64,000 nucleotides of DNA. Source: Lytechinus pictus (lineage: Eukaryota). Location: positions 7,566,001 to 7,630,000 of the forward strand of contig NC_087246.1 in assembly GCF_037042905.1 (NCBI RefSeq), written 5' to 3'. The position numbers and the translations under genes were made by a program. Shown here piece by piece: positions 1 to 12,968 of the stretch. Within the stretch, counting starts at the first letter, position 1. Each line of letters begins with the position of its first letter. The notes beneath the pieces were generated by a model. That model was not told the DNA's origin and did no database searches. It saw only the letters and a list, made by a program, of their open reading frames with translations.

Positions 1-199
1 ACACCTGTCCGACATGCTTTGCGCTCGGTTGAATTACTCTCATGTGCCCTATAGTGACGGCAAATTTTGGCAATTTACCAAAACGTGCCGCAACACCACG
101 CGCGTCATCTGTACTGGGGGTGAAGTCTCCTACAGTTTTGACATAGAATCTCCAGCTTTCTGCAGACTCAGAAAAGGGGACTTATAAGAGAGGAGATGA

Positions 200-740
200 A
201 TCACCCTATACCGGGTGCACCGGGTAGTCGTCCTGCTCTATCGGATGTATTCTAGTCTACAGTCGACGTGTCAGGCAGCCGAACTCAATCCATGTGAGAT
301 GCCCCAGAAAATTACTCCTCATTAAATGGCAGGACAAAGTGCCAGACACAGAAATTATGCAGAGAGGCCGATTGGGGGACGTTAATAAATATTATTCAGG
401 CGCCCCAGCTCAGATGGACAGGACAAGTCCTCAGAAATGCCTGACGAGCATTTGAAAAAGATGACTGCTAAGAAGGAAAGCAAGCACTCTGATGGTCAGA
501 AGAAGCGCTTTAAAGACACTAAGCTTCCTTTAAATGATCAAGCTGATGTGTCAAGATACGAGTCAAGACGTGTAGACGAGCAAGAACAAAATTAGCGGCG
601 TCAGAAATGCAGAAGAGCATGCCCGACCTCTTTTATTTGCTTGTCGCACTGCACCGGACTTTTTTTCGGGCGAAGATTGTAGCCATGTCTGAACACACAA
701 GAACTTTTAATACAAAAATATTGTTGTCTTCGCAAGTGAA
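200..740 (+). pseudogene. RTE/BovB-clade LINE 3' relic
   Basis: Broken frames read CPRKLLLIKWQDKVPDTEI...QLRWTGQVLR...GQKKRFKD, typical of the C-terminal part of RTE ORFs. Confidence 0.75.
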
Positions 741-826
741 GGACGATATCATTGTTGTGCTAATTTAGTAAACCTTTACATTCTCAACAGCTACGGCTTT
801 CTTTTCATTTAGCATGTTTGGGATAC

Positions 827-1197
827 AATTCAATTCAATTCAATTTATTTAACCAAAGCATTAAAATACAATAACATAATATACATACATAAAATACAAT
901 ATTTACAATGGTACAATAAATAAAATGATGCTTGGCAGGAAGCAGCCAGAAAGGAAAATACCCTTATAACGGCCGACCTTACAATATATCATAAATGTTA
1001 TAAAAGTACCTAAGATAATATAATATAATAGAAATACAAAACAAAACAAGGGGGGGGGGCAAGAGCTAAATGAAACAAATTGAAGAAAATTAACTCACAG
1101 CACATGATAATTAGCAAGAATGATTTCTTTGGATCTCTTCTTAAATAAATTAAAAGATTGAACCTCCTTAAGTGGAGATGGTAGAGAATTCTAAAAT
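827..1197 (-). mobile_element. 5'-truncated CR1/L2-type LINE insertion
   Basis: Absent from the paralog (GGGATACTGTATAAAG at ~9663). GATAC is duplicated at 822-826 and 1198-1202. The minus strand encodes *NSLPSPLKEVQSFNLFKRRSKE and ends in AATAAA plus a (TTGAA)n tail. Confidence 0.85.
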
Positions 1198-2267
1198 GAT
1201 ACTGTATAAAGTATAACGTCAATGTAAACAGGTTTTTAAATTGAAGTTTGAATTGAATGCAGATTGACTTACATTTATTCTCCTTTGTATTTAATACATG
1301 AAATTAATCGAATCATAGCGTCAACTATTTTTACAATTACTAACTCATACCTGATTCCATGCCCAAAGAAGAGGCAGATCGGCTACGGGGATTACCATGT
1401 GGTTTGGCGCTTCCACCTAGATCAACGAAGCGATACAAATACATAATAACATAGTAATAGGGATATTTCAAGTTGAAAGGAAATATCCATATAAGAATGT
1501 TCATACTTCGTATTTACTATTATACTGTAGTAGTTATTAACCGATAAGCCCTTTTTACACATTCACGGATGGAACACGGATCATCAAATATTGTCAATCC
1601 GGGGTCATCAGTTACTCTTCGGGGTTACCGGGATTACCATGTTCATACCAGCTGCTCATCTGCCGCCATCCTTGATGTACCGCCATGTCCAGGAGAGCAA
1701 GTGGAGTGCCTCTGGCAGTCTCACCTGCATTACGCGGTTCAACATAGCAGCAGTAGTAACTTTGAAAACTACACAAAACACCATTCTATGACATGTATGA
1801 TGATAAAATACTATGTTAACTAATCCTAAATGACCTTTGACCTTGATCATGGAACTTGAAACTCGGGCAGGATGATCAGTAATACCTGACTAATATTATG
1901 TCCATATTTAGTGAACTGGATCCAAAAACTTTCAAAGTTATGATTGTAATTCAAAAAATACCCTCAAATATGGCCAAATTTCATTGAATATATTCATGGG
2001 ACCTGAAACTCACGCAGAATATTCATTAATGCTTGATTACTCTTATGTTTAAGTTTCGTGAAACAGATCCATATACTTTTAGAGTTATGAGATTTAAAAC
2101 ACTTAAAGGGATGGTCCGGGCTGAAAATATTTATATCCTAATACATAGAGTAAAATTCACTGAGCGAAATGCTGAAAATTTCATTAAAATCGGATAACAA
2201 TTTATAAAGTTATTGAAGTTTAAATTTTAGCAATATTTTGTGAAAAAAAAAATCTGTAAATGATGCT

Positions 2268-3293
2268 GTGTTATTGTTAACACACTTGATTGCCCAGCAC
2301 GTTGATAAACTTGGTTGTTATGTTCGTACCGCCTTTGTCGACTTTTCGTCGGCTTTTAACACAATTCAGCCTCACCTACTGATGAATAAGCTAGCTGACA
2401 CTAATCTAAAACCCTCTCTCATATTATGGCTCCACAACTTTCTGACAGAGAGAATTCAAAGTGTAAAACTAAAAGGTGTTTCGTCGAACCCCCTCATTAC
2501 AAACACAGGTTCCCCCCAGGGTAGTGTGTTGTCTGCACCATTATTTATTATTTATACCAATGATTGCATCTCATCAAGCGATGACGTAACAATAATCAAA
2601 TATGCTGACGATACTGCCATCATCGGCATGATTCGTAACAATAACGAAAGTAAATATCGTGAAGAGTTGTTAATGTTTGAGAATTGGTGTGATAATAATT
2701 TCTTGGAACTAAACACGGCTAAAACAAAGGAGATGATAACAGATTTTCGTACAAACCGAGGTCAGACAAACCCAATTATGTTCAAAGGAGAGGTTATAGA
2801 AAATGTTAACAACTTTAAGTATTTGGGTACTATAGTTGATAGTGAAATTTCATGGAAGGATCAGTGTCAGTCTCTATATACAAAGGCCCAACAACGATTA
2901 TACTTTCTTCGGAAAATGAATTCTTTCAATGTTGATAGAATTTTGTTAAAGCTTTTCTACAAATCAGTGATAGAAAGTGTTATGCTTTTCAGTTGTGTTG
3001 TCTGGTTCGGAGGGTGCAGACAAGAAGACATGAAGAAATTGCAGAAAATAGCCAATTGTGCTGGGAAGATTACTGGAGAAGTGGCAAATGTGACCAATGA
3101 ATGCGTTCAAGCAATCTTGAAACAGGCCTCACAGATCATACAAAATAAGGACCACCCCCTCCACTCATGTTATATTCAAATGCGATCTGGAAGGCGGTAT
3201 AGATCAATGAGGGCTCGAACATCGCGTTTCCTTCATTCTTTTGTGCCGCTCTCCATTCGAAAATACAACGAACAACTTCAATCAAGCCTGTAA
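2268..3293 (+). CDS. Reverse transcriptase, C-terminal part (Rex1-like), uninterrupted but 5'-truncated
   Basis: Motifs FVDFSSAFNTI, GSPQGSVLS, YADDT, KTKEMITDFR, FKYLG, QRLYFLRK, HPLH and SGRRYRS. Confidence 0.9.
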   Translation: MLLLTHLIAQHVDKLGCYVRTAFVDFSSAFNTIQPHLLMNKLADTNLKPSLILWLHNFLTERIQSVKLKGVSSNPLITNTGSPQGSVLSAPLFIIYTNDCISSSDDVTIIKYADDTAIIGMIRNNNESKYREELLMFENWCDNNFLELNTAKTKEMITDFRTNRGQTNPIMFKGEVIENVNNFKYLGTIVDSEISWKDQCQSLYTKAQQRLYFLRKMNSFNVDRILLKLFYKSVIESVMLFSCVVWFGGCRQEDMKKLQKIANCAGKITGEVANVTNECVQAILKQASQIIQNKDHPLHSCYIQMRSGRRYRSMRARTSRFLHSFVPLSIRKYNEQLQSSL

Positions 3294-3404
3294 TCTTGCC
3301 ACTTCGTCAGTCACCTACTATATTCTCACACATGTATACAATTTACTAATATTACCCTGATACTATCGACTGAAATGAAAGCATTGAATGAGCAATTGTC
3401 TATT

Positions 3405-3822
3405 TATAATGATGATTATGATAATAATGATGAATGATAATGATGATAATGATAATTAATAATAATAATAATAATAATAATGATAATAATAATAATAATA
3501 ATAATAATGATGATAATTAATAATGATAGAAAAAATTATATTAATGATAATAGTAATAATAATATTAATAATAATGATAATGACAATGATAATAATGATA
3601 TTGAAAATAAATAACAATAACAATAATTAAGAGCAAAGTTGTACCGATTTTTAGTGAAATTATTTTATATTATGTATTTTCCCCTTATTTGTATGACTGT
3701 ATGTAGTTTGTTGTATTTCTTTGTATGTTTTTTTCTGTATATCCTGTAATAATGATAATGATAATAGTAATGATTGATTATTGATAATTGTAATAATAGA
3801 AACAATATTAATAATAATAATA

Positions 3823-3868
<46 letters not shown>

Positions 3869-4040
3869 TAATAACAATGACAATAACAATAATAATAATA
3901 ATAATACAATTAATAATAATAATAATAACGATAATAATAAGATTGATAATAATAATAATGATAATTATATTAATAATAACGATGATTAAGAGTAAAATGT
4001 TACCGATTTGATTGAAATTATTTTGTATTATGTATTTTTC
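3405..4040. repeat. (AAT)n-rich microsatellite, tandemly duplicated inside the Rex1 3' UTR
   Basis: Two AAT/GAT/AAC tracts, each followed by a similar AAGAG..TACCGATTT..GAAATTATTTT block about 360 bp apart. Confidence 0.9.
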
Positions 4041-4630
4041 TTCAAATATGTGTGATTGTATATATATTCTGTAGAATTTATCTTTACGCTTTGATTTTGT
4101 ATATTTCTGTGTATATGTAAATGCCAACAAGAATATTTTCCTAAATGGACAGAATAAAATCAATTCTCTTCTTCTCAATTCTCAAAACAGTTGTCATAAA
4201 TATTCATTAGGTTGGCTGATGATGTCACATCTCCACTTTCCATTTTCTTATGCTATTACATAAAATCATATTCTTTTCATTATTTCATACTTGTGTGAAT
4301 AATATGTCTCCCTTATAATGAAATGGTGATTAATGAAAGTTGCAGCAATAAATATCTAATGCACTAAATTAGTTGTCAATCCAATTTTTCTAGTTCTTGG
4401 AGGAAAAAAATTGAACAGACCTAATATCATATAATAAAATAAAAAAGAACATGTGGAGATGTGACATGATCAGCCCACTTAATGAATATTCATGACGACT
4501 GTCTTCACAAAATATTCGCCAAACTTTAAAATTAAATAAGGAAATTTTCGGCATTTTGCTCAGTAAATTTTACTCTATTTATTAAGCTATAAATACTTTC
4601 AACCCGGCCCATCCCTTTAACCTCGGTGAA

Positions 4631-4879
4631 CACTAGCGTACCTACGGGGTGGGGGGGGGGGGTAGGGGGGCACTCTGCCCCCCTGACGAGTCCAAACCCA
4701 TGCAAAAGACGTATATTTACCCCCTGATGGACTTGAAAAACCCTTTCTGCCCCCCCCCCTGACGAGAGCTTGAAGACCTTTATTTCCCCCCTGTCGAGCT
4801 TGATGACCTTTTTTTTTGCTTGTAAAACTTTTGGCGGACGGTTTTGCCCTCCCTGTGGAAATTCCTAGGTACGCCACTG
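4631..4879. mobile_element. hAT-type MITE
   Basis: TIR CACTAGCGTACCTA / TAGGTACGCCACTG. 8-bp TSD TCGGTGAA / TCGGTTAA. Absent from the paralog at ~11306. Confidence 0.88.
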
Positions 4880-5821
4880 TCGGTTAAGATAATCGTTTTG
4901 ATTCCCCCAACATAATCTAAGTTCATTGGCCTTTAAATGACCTTTGAGCTTGGTCATGTGACATTAAAGTCTATGTCCAGGATTCAGGAAGCAGATCCAC
5001 TAAAAATCAGAGATATGATGGAAATCAACAAACAACCCCATCATGGCCAAAGTTTAATGACCATAAATGACATTTGACCTTGGTAATGTGACCTAAAACT
5101 CAGGTAAGATGTTTAGTATTATTTGATTACCATTATGTCTAAGTTTCATGAACTAAGCTCATGTACTTTCTAAGTTATGATGACATTTTGAAATCTTAAC
5201 CCTTGGATAACATTTTGATATTGATTCCTCCAACATAGTCAGTAACCCTCAATGACTTTGACCTTGGTCATGTGATATCAAACTCTGGCAGGATGCTCAA
5301 TAATTCTTGGTATCCATTATGACCAAGTTTCATGAATTAGGCTCATATACTTTCTAAGTTATAATGAAATTTCAAAAAAAACTTAACATCGGCTAGGATT
5401 TGATGTTGACGACGCCGCCACCGTTATCACCGTCGCCGTTGTCGGAAAAGCGGCGCCTATAGTTTGCTATGCAGGCGAGAAAAAATTTAACATGTTCATG
5501 TTCATGCTGGGATGATCTTGCAAATCCCGTCTATATCCATTTGTTATTATTTTTTTTTTGCTTACATGAACAATAGATTTTGTTTATCATGGCAACGTAT
5601 GCGTATGCTTCAGATATCGCAAAAAGGAAGGAAACTCCATTCTTGTCTTCCCCTCCCAATGAACGTATAATCCACCGTCAAGGACCCACTTACATCCGAG
5701 TACTCCATGTTGACTCCCTGTAGCTTTTCAAGCAGATAGTACTACCCGTGTTTTTCCTTGTATAAAACCACACCTTTTCGTACATTTCTGTGTAAATACC
5801 CAGTTAATTCCGTATACACTC

Positions 5822-6277
5822 CAGGTCGCACGGGCCTAATCACTAGTGGCAGGTCATAGATATTCATTCGAGCCAACCCATTGCTATTTTTTTTATTTTG
5901 ATATGGCTGATTGACAAAGTGTATGCATATGATTGTCCATCTAACACTGATTCTATTTTTGGTAATTACTGAACTTCCTTTTCCCAAAGTGGGAAGAAAT
6001 ATCACCAATTTCGGACTTTATTTTGACTGGCGGAAGGATTAGGAATATTTTGCTGTTTGAGGTGATGAATCTGCTCCCCCGACGATGTCTTCAAACACGC
6101 CAATTTATTTTTAAAATGAGCCGGTCGAGGGACCCTTTTCTGGTCAGATATGGATTGCCAGACATATATCCTATCCACTGGTAGTAAACATTCGACCCCC
6201 GAATTTCATCCTTATTTTTATGATTTTTTTAAATTTAACACACGAGTCTATGGGGAATGAATTAGGCCTGTAATACC
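5822..6277. mobile_element. TIR MITE, long form
   Basis: Ends CAGGTCGCACGGGCCTAAT / ATTAGGCCTGTAATACC. A deleted copy lies at 7217-7343. Confidence 0.6.
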
Positions 6278-7216
6278 ATATAGTCTTGACAATAGCCTAT
6301 TACAAGGGAAATTCACTAGTTGATGAAAAACCTGCACAAAAGGGACCCAAACTCTTCAGTAGCAGATTGCTTTCACTGGTATACATGTTTCAATCATCAA
6401 GAGGTCCAAAACTGAACTTCATGGCTATATACAAGGCTACATACAGGTAACAAATTGTGATTAGTAACTCTGTGTTTGTGTACCTAGGCTGCTAGGCTGT
6501 GTCGGCTGTGTGTTTGTCTCTGCGTTGCACGTTGTCGTGTGTTTTCGTTTACCGACGAGCGCTGCTGTAAATCGTGTATAGCACCCATCACAAGATATAT
6601 ATAGTACATATTAGACAGGCCTTGCATCAATTGCACTTGTGAAATTGGTTCATGGGGGAAGGGAAGGAGAAGAGAAAACTTTAGAATTTGGCTGAAGAGT
6701 GTTGGATTCAAGAGGGAGGGGGGGGGGGTAGAGAAAAGCATAGTTAGCATGTTGGGGGGGGGGTGTGAATGAGTGCTACTAGCCCCCATCCATTTATAAA
6801 TACAAGCCATCTAACCCCCTCTCTCCCTGTCTCTCTCTCTTATGGGCCCTTGTCATAGGAAGATTGAATGTATAGTATGCATGCATGTTGATTCTCACTT
6901 ATTTTTATTGTTATCTCATGTGAATCTGGTATTTATATTGTGGGCAGATCTTGAATCCAGATATGCACACTATTCATATCTACAATTTGCATTATAGGAT
7001 TTGGGCCCTACATTGCATCCATGGTTGAGCTACATATTGGCAGGTAGGATGTGTGTAAATCCATAGGGCACTAGACATTAGGAGTAACATTAAAATTGGT
7101 CATTACAAAACACATCTGTATATTTCATGCATTTCTTTGTGATAATGTGAGTGTACAGATGTTAAAGAAAAGCCAGGAAGGTAAATTAAAAAGAAACCTT
7201 CATGTGCCATATAATA

Positions 7217-7343
7217 CAGGCCACACGGGCCTAATCACTAGTGGCAGGCCATAGATATTCATTCGAGCCAACCCATTGCTATTTTTTTTATTTGCCAATT
7301 TAACACACGAGTCTATGGGGAATGAATTAGGCCTGTGATACCT
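7217..7343. mobile_element. Internally deleted copy of the 5822-6277 MITE
   Basis: The same left ~70 bp and right ~45 bp are joined directly. Confidence 0.65.
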
Positions 7344-7599
7344 CCAGCAACTAAAAAAAAGGATTTGGCACCTGGCTCACTGATGTGAACGCGACCGGAA
7401 AAGGAGATTTCAGACCTAAAAAATTTGACACTCTAGCCAGGTTTTGAAACTCATGAAAAGGATCGGTAATTTGGTATACATTCCTAAATTCATAATGCAG
7501 AAAATGTTTAGATATTCTAATTTGAAACTGAATAATTTCTGCACGTTTTGAATAAAGATGAAGCTGCGTATCTTAAAAAACAATTGAGCGCATGTTTTA

Positions 7600-8550
7600 G
7601 AGGTAGACAGAATCTGGGCCTTCTGAATACATTTAATTTTTTATCAGGAAAATCAATAATGCAAGCGCGAAGCGCGAGCGGAAAATATTTGATATTCCGG
7701 TATGAACAGGGTGAGTTTATGCACGAAAGCTGTGTATAGGGAAATTGTTAAGTGATAGTGGATAGCCCTTAAAGTGCGAGCTGATATTTTCATTATTATT
7801 TTGACCTATAGGACCTGGACATTCTAGGCCTAAGAACATTTTGTCATCATATGAAAATTCCTCTTCCTGTAAGCGCGATATCAGTGAAACTTGTCGATAT
7901 TGCTTTCTGACAAAGGGAAGATTAAGTAGGAATTCATGAAAATTTTATCATCATATTTATTAATGTAAAAAGCCTATTGAGCGAGTAAAATGTGTCGACA
8001 TTGAGACCTGAAAACTGGATATTTTAAGCACTTTTATAATCATGAATAGAATGTATGAGTTGATATATTTTTAACAATAATGCGAGCGCAAATTGCGAGA
8101 CAAAATTTTTGATAAACTGCCATAAAAGGGGGATTTAAGTAGTTCGTTACAGAATTTGGCAAATCAAATAATGCAAGAGCACAGCGCAAAAAGCTGCAAT
8201 TTGTATTCACACCATAAAACGGACTTTAGACAGAGTACTTAAAAAATCATTGTGTAAATCAAACAGCTCGATGTCCGAGCTGATATTTTAAGCTACATAA
8301 TCAGCCTATTGAGCAAGATATGTATCTCATCGAACAGGCTATACGAGCGCAAAGCGTGAGCGAAAGTTAATATAGTGACATGAAGTATATTTTTTAATCA
8401 TTTTGAAAGCCTTACCCTGACCTTATTTTATCTACTCGTCTCCCTCCATCTTATTTTTTCCTCTTTTCTTTCCCTTTTTTTCTCCCCTCTTTTCCATTTT
8501 TTTTGCTCCGGCAATAGGGGGCCCGGGCCCCCATCTGGGTCCGCCTATGT
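7600..8550. mobile_element. hAT-like non-autonomous remnant (GCGCGAAGCGCGAGC family)
   Basis: Recurrent GCGCGAAGCGCGAGC-like motifs and the terminus CTGGGTCCGCCTATG. Left end not defined. Confidence 0.5.
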
Positions 8551-10471
8551 CTTAGAATATCTGGCTATTGGAAGACATGGCTATTGAAAAAAATGACATT
8601 AGACTAAACACCATTAGACGACATGGTCATTGGACTTAGTGGGTATGAGACCATTTAGATTTCAGACCAACTCGACATTAGACAAAGTTCATAGTATAAC
8701 AGTTTGGTTCATTCGATCCGGTATTTAGAAAAAGAGACCGAACTTATGGCCTCCCGTGCAATTACAGGGTATTTTGTATATATTTAATGACATGAATGAG
8801 TATAGACAACTGAGCGAATAATTCCACAAGTAATCAAAGTGTGCCATCAATGCCTTGCACATTTTGTTTAAATTACCAAGATGTGCAGTTACCAAATTAT
8901 GTCATCGTATAGTGACGGCAAATTTTGGCAATTTACCAAAACGTGCCGCAACACCACGCGCGTCACCTGTACTGGGGGTGAAGTCTCCTAAAGTTTTGAC
9001 ATAGAATCTCCGGATTTCTGCAGACTCAGAAAAGGGGTCTTATAAGAGAGGAGATGAATCACCCTATACCGGGTGCACCGGGTAGTCGTCCTGCTCTATC
9101 GGATGTATTCTAGTCTACAGTCGACGTGTCAGGCAGCCGAACTCAATCCATGTGAGATGCCCCAGAAAATTACTCCTCATTAAATGGCAGGACAAAGTGC
9201 CAGACACAGAAATTATGCAGAGAGGCCGATTGGGGGACGTTAATAAATATTATTCAGGCGCCCCAGCTCAGATGGACAGGACAAGTCCTCAGAAATGCCT
9301 GACGAGCATTTGAAAAAGATGGCTGCTGAGAAGGAAAGCAAGCGCTCTGATGGTCAGAAGAAGCGCTTTAAAGACACTAAGCTTCCTTTAAATGATCAAG
9401 CTGATGTGTCAAGATACGAGTCAAGACGTGTAGACGAGCAAGAACAAAATTAGCGGCGTCAGAAATGCAGAAGAGCATGCCCGACCTCTTTTATTTGCTT
9501 GTCGCACTGCACCGGACTTTTTTCGGGCGAAGATTGTAGCCATGTCTGAACACACAAGAACTTTTAATACAAAAAGTATTGTTGTCTTCGCAAGTGACAA
9601 CGATAATTTAGTAAATCTTTTTATTCTCAATAGCTACGGCTTTCTTTTAATTAAGCATGTTTGGGATACTGTATAAAGTATAACGTCAATGTAAACAGGT
9701 TTTTAAATTGAAGTTTGAATTGAATGCAGATTGACTTACATTTATTCTCCTTTGTATTTAATACATGAAATTAATCGAATCATAGCGTCAACTATTTTTA
9801 CAATTACTAACTCATACCTGATTCCATGCCCAAAGAAGAGGCAGATCGGCTACGGGGATTACCATGTGGTTTGGCGCTTCCACCTAGATCAACGAAGCGA
9901 TAAAAATACATAATAACATAGTAATAGGGATATTTCAAGTTGAAAGGAAATATCCATATAAGAATGTTCATACTTCGTATTTACTATTATACTGTAGTAG
10001 TTATTGACCGATAAGCCCTTTTTACACATTCACGGATGGAACACGGATCATCAAATATTGTCAGTCCGGGGTCATCAGTTACTCTTCGGGGTTACCGGGA
10101 TTACCATGTTCATACCAGCTGCTCATCTGCCGCCATCCTTGATGTACCGCCATGTCCAGGAGAGCAAGTGGAGTGCCTCTGACAGTCTCACCTGCATTAC
10201 GCGGTTCAACATAGCAGCAGTAGTAACTTTGAAAACTACACAAAACACCATTCTATGACATGTATGATGATAAAATACTATGTTAACTAATCCTAAATGA
10301 CCTTTGACCTTGGTCATGGAACTTGAAACTCGGGCAGGATGATCAGTAATACCTGATTAATATTATGTCCACATTTAGTGAACTGGATCCAAAAACTTTC
10401 AAAGTTATGATTGCAATTCAAAAATACCCTCACATATGGTCAAATTTCATTGACTATGGTCATTAGACCTG

Positions 10472-10628
10472 TGGAGCGTTTCATCACTATTTTCATCCGA
10501 CAAGTTGTCAGATCTGACATCTTTCCATGATTTTGATTGGCGGAGAGGCACTGTTCCTATGGTAACTGTCGGATAAAATGGGACTTGTCGGATAAAACGT
10601 CTGACAAGTCCTTTCATTAAACGCCCCC
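10472..10628. mobile_element. PIF/Harbinger-like MITE
   Basis: TIR TGGAGCGTTTCAT / ATTAAACGCCCCC. 3-bp TSD CTG. Absent from copy A (GGACCTGAAACTC at ~1999). Confidence 0.8.
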
Positions 10629-10732
10629 CTGAAACTCACGCAGAATATTCATAAATGCTTGATTACTCTTATGTTTAAGTTTCGTGAAACAGATCCATAT
10701 ACTTTTAGAGTTATTATTTTTAAAAAACTTAA

Positions 10733-11299
10733 AGGGATGGTCCGCGCTGTAAATATTTATATTTTAATACATCGAGTAGAATTCACTGAGCAAAATGCTG
10801 AAAATTTCATCAAAATCGGATACCAAATAATAAAGTTATTGAAGTTTAAAGTTTACCAATATTTCGTGAAAACAGTTGTCATGAATATTTATAAGGTGGG
10901 CTGATGATGTCACATCTCCACTTTCCATTTTCTTATGTTATTACATAAAATCATATTTTTTTCATTATTTCATACTTGTGTGAATAATATGTCTCCCTTA
11001 TAATGAAATGATGAATAATGAAAGTTGCAGCAATAAATATCTAATGCACTAAATTAGTTGTCAATCCAATTTTTCTAGTTCTTGGAGGAAAAAATGTGAA
11101 TAGACCTAATATCATATAATAAAATAAAAAGAACATGTGGAGATGTGACATGATCAGCCCACCTAATGAATATTCATGACGACTATCTTCACGAAATATT
11201 GCCAAACTTTAAAATTCAATAACGAAATTTTCGGCTTGTTGCTCAGTGAATTTTACTCTATTTATTAAGCTATAAATACTTTCAGCCCGGCCCATCCCT
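10733..11299. mobile_element. Kolobok-like MITE, uninterrupted 567-bp copy
   Basis: TTAA flanks and AGGGATGG...CCATCCCT TIRs. Confidence 0.82.
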
Positions 11300-12529
11300 T
11301 TAACCTCGGTGAAGATATCGTTTTGATTCCCCCAACATAATCTAAGTTCATTGGCCTTTAAATGACCTTTGACATTGGTCATGTGACATTAAACTCTATG
11401 TTCAAGATTCAGGAAGCAGATCCATTAAAAATCAGAGATATGATGGAAATCAACAAACAACCCCAACATGGGCAAAGTTCAATGACCATAAATGACATCT
11501 GACCTTTGTAATGTGACCTAAAACTCAGGCAGGATGTTTAGTATTATTTGATTACCATTATGTCTAAGTTTCATGAACTAAGCTCATGTACTTTCTAAGT
11601 TATGATTACATTTTTAAAAACTTAACCTTCGGATAACATTTTGATGATTCCTCCAACATAGTCAGTAACCCTCAATGACTTTGACCTTGGTCATGTGACA
11701 TCAAACTCTGGCAGGATGCTCAATAATTCTTGGTATCCATTATGACCAAATTTCATGAACTAGGCTAATATACTTTCTAAGTTATAATGAAATTTCAAAA
11801 ACTTAACTTTCGGTTAGGATTTGATGTTGACGACGCCGCCCCCACCATCACCGTCGCCGTTGTCGGAAAAGCGGCGCATATAGTTTGCTATGCAGGCGAG
11901 AAAAAATTTAACATGTTCATGTTCATGCTGGGATGATCTTGCAAATCCCGTCTATATCCATTTCTTATTTTTATTTTTTTGCTTACTCATAGATCGTGTT
12001 CATCATGGCAACGTATGCGTATGCTTCAGATATCGCAAAAAGGAAGGAAACTTCATTCTTGCCTTCCCCTCCCAATGAACGTATAATCCACCGTCAAGGA
12101 CCCACTTACATCCGAGTACTCCGTGTTGACTCCCTGTAGCTTATCAAGCAGATCCCTAATGCTACCGTGTTTATCCTTGTATAAAACCACACCTTTTCGT
12201 ACATTTCTGTGTAAATACCCAGTTAATTCCGTATACACTCTGGCAACGAAAAAACAGAATTTGGCACCCCGGGTCACCAGACTTGATGATACGTGTTGCA
12301 TTTTTGAAGGGATTTAAAAGCCAAGTATACTAATTATCTTAGCTTCACATTTTATCGATATGATTGTGTTGTTGGTGAAGGCTTGGAAGTGAATATAAGT
12401 AATCATGTTAGGAATCACATGAGGAAGGATGCATTTATTAGCATCAATTGTTTAGTTATATACAGCTATCCTGTTCATGATTACAAAAATTGATTAAAAT
12501 TTTCCATTCTTTATATAGAAATGTCACAT

Positions 12530-12968
12530 TTTTTTAGCTCGCGCTTGCGCTCGCGTTATTTGATTGTTGACATAAGTAACGTCGTCATGGCTAAGTACAA
12601 GCAGTCTTTAACAGGAAGGCTTTCCTTTCCGATCAGCTCAAAACATGTATAGACAAATTCTGCTCGCGCTTCGCGTTCGTAGTAATTATTGCAGGCACAT
12701 CTTTTTTTTCTCCAGAATGTTCAAATTGTAGGAAAAATACATACAATTTCAAAATAAATTTGCTCGCGCTTCGCGCTCGCATTAAAAAATAAGGATTATG
12801 ATATTTTCATTTATGTTGATTCGAAGAATAAAGCTAAGTAGTGACTAATAGGACTACCCCCGTCAGAGAAACAAACAAAAAGTCATCTTCGAGCGACCGA
12901 TCGGGGAAAATATGGCTGAAAAAAAATCCGCCCCCCCCCCCTATTGCCGAAGGCTGGATCCGGCCCTG
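12530..12968. mobile_element. hAT-like non-autonomous remnant
   Basis: GCTCGCGCTTCGCGCTCGC repeats and the terminus GCTGGATCCGGCCCTG. Confidence 0.55.

Larger units (their letters stand above)
2247..4183 (+). mobile_element. 5'-truncated Rex1/Babar-clade LINE
   Basis: Absent from the paralog (GTGAAAACAGTTGTC at ~10866). AAAA on both flanks. Contains an RT ORF and a 3' UTR ending AATAAAATCAATTCTCTTCTTCTCAATTCTC. Confidence 0.9.
2107..4616. mobile_element. Kolobok-like MITE interrupted by a Rex1 LINE
   Basis: TTAA on both sides (2103-2106, 4617-4620). TIR AGGGATGGTCCGGGCTGAA / TTCAACCCGGCCCATCCCT with RR..YY termini. Confidence 0.8.
1698..5485 (-). mobile_element. Non-autonomous Helentron/HINE (DINE-1/Tsp-like) element with nested insertions
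   Basis: Subterminal IRs GTCTCACCTGCAT / ATGCAGGCGAGA, T-rich end, (GGC)n-like tract, and tandem core repeats containing TGACCTTTGACCTTGGTCATGTGACC. Confidence 0.7.
50..5821 (+). repeat. Segmental duplication 1, copy A (paralog of 8908-12240)
   Basis: TATAGTGACGGCAAATTTTGG at 50 recurs at 8908. The copies are colinear and highly similar up to GTATACACTC (5811-5820 / 12231-12240), apart from discrete insertions. Confidence 0.95.
10165..11906 (-). mobile_element. HINE/Helentron-type element (duplicate of 1698-5485)
   Basis: Same subterminal IRs and core repeats as 1698-5485. Confidence 0.7.
8908..12240 (+). repeat. Segmental duplication 1, copy B
   Basis: Colinear with 50-5821. Contains a second RTE relic (~9060-9600). 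Confidence 0.95.

Noticed and set aside
3660..4178. Poly-Ile/Asn/Leu ORFs
   Set aside because: They are translations of the (AAT)n microsatellite.
5590..5820. Minus-strand ORF shared by both duplicate copies (VYTELTGYLHRNVRKG...)
   Set aside because: Conservation is explained by the duplication, and copy A has a stop. At most it is a faint RTE endonuclease relic.
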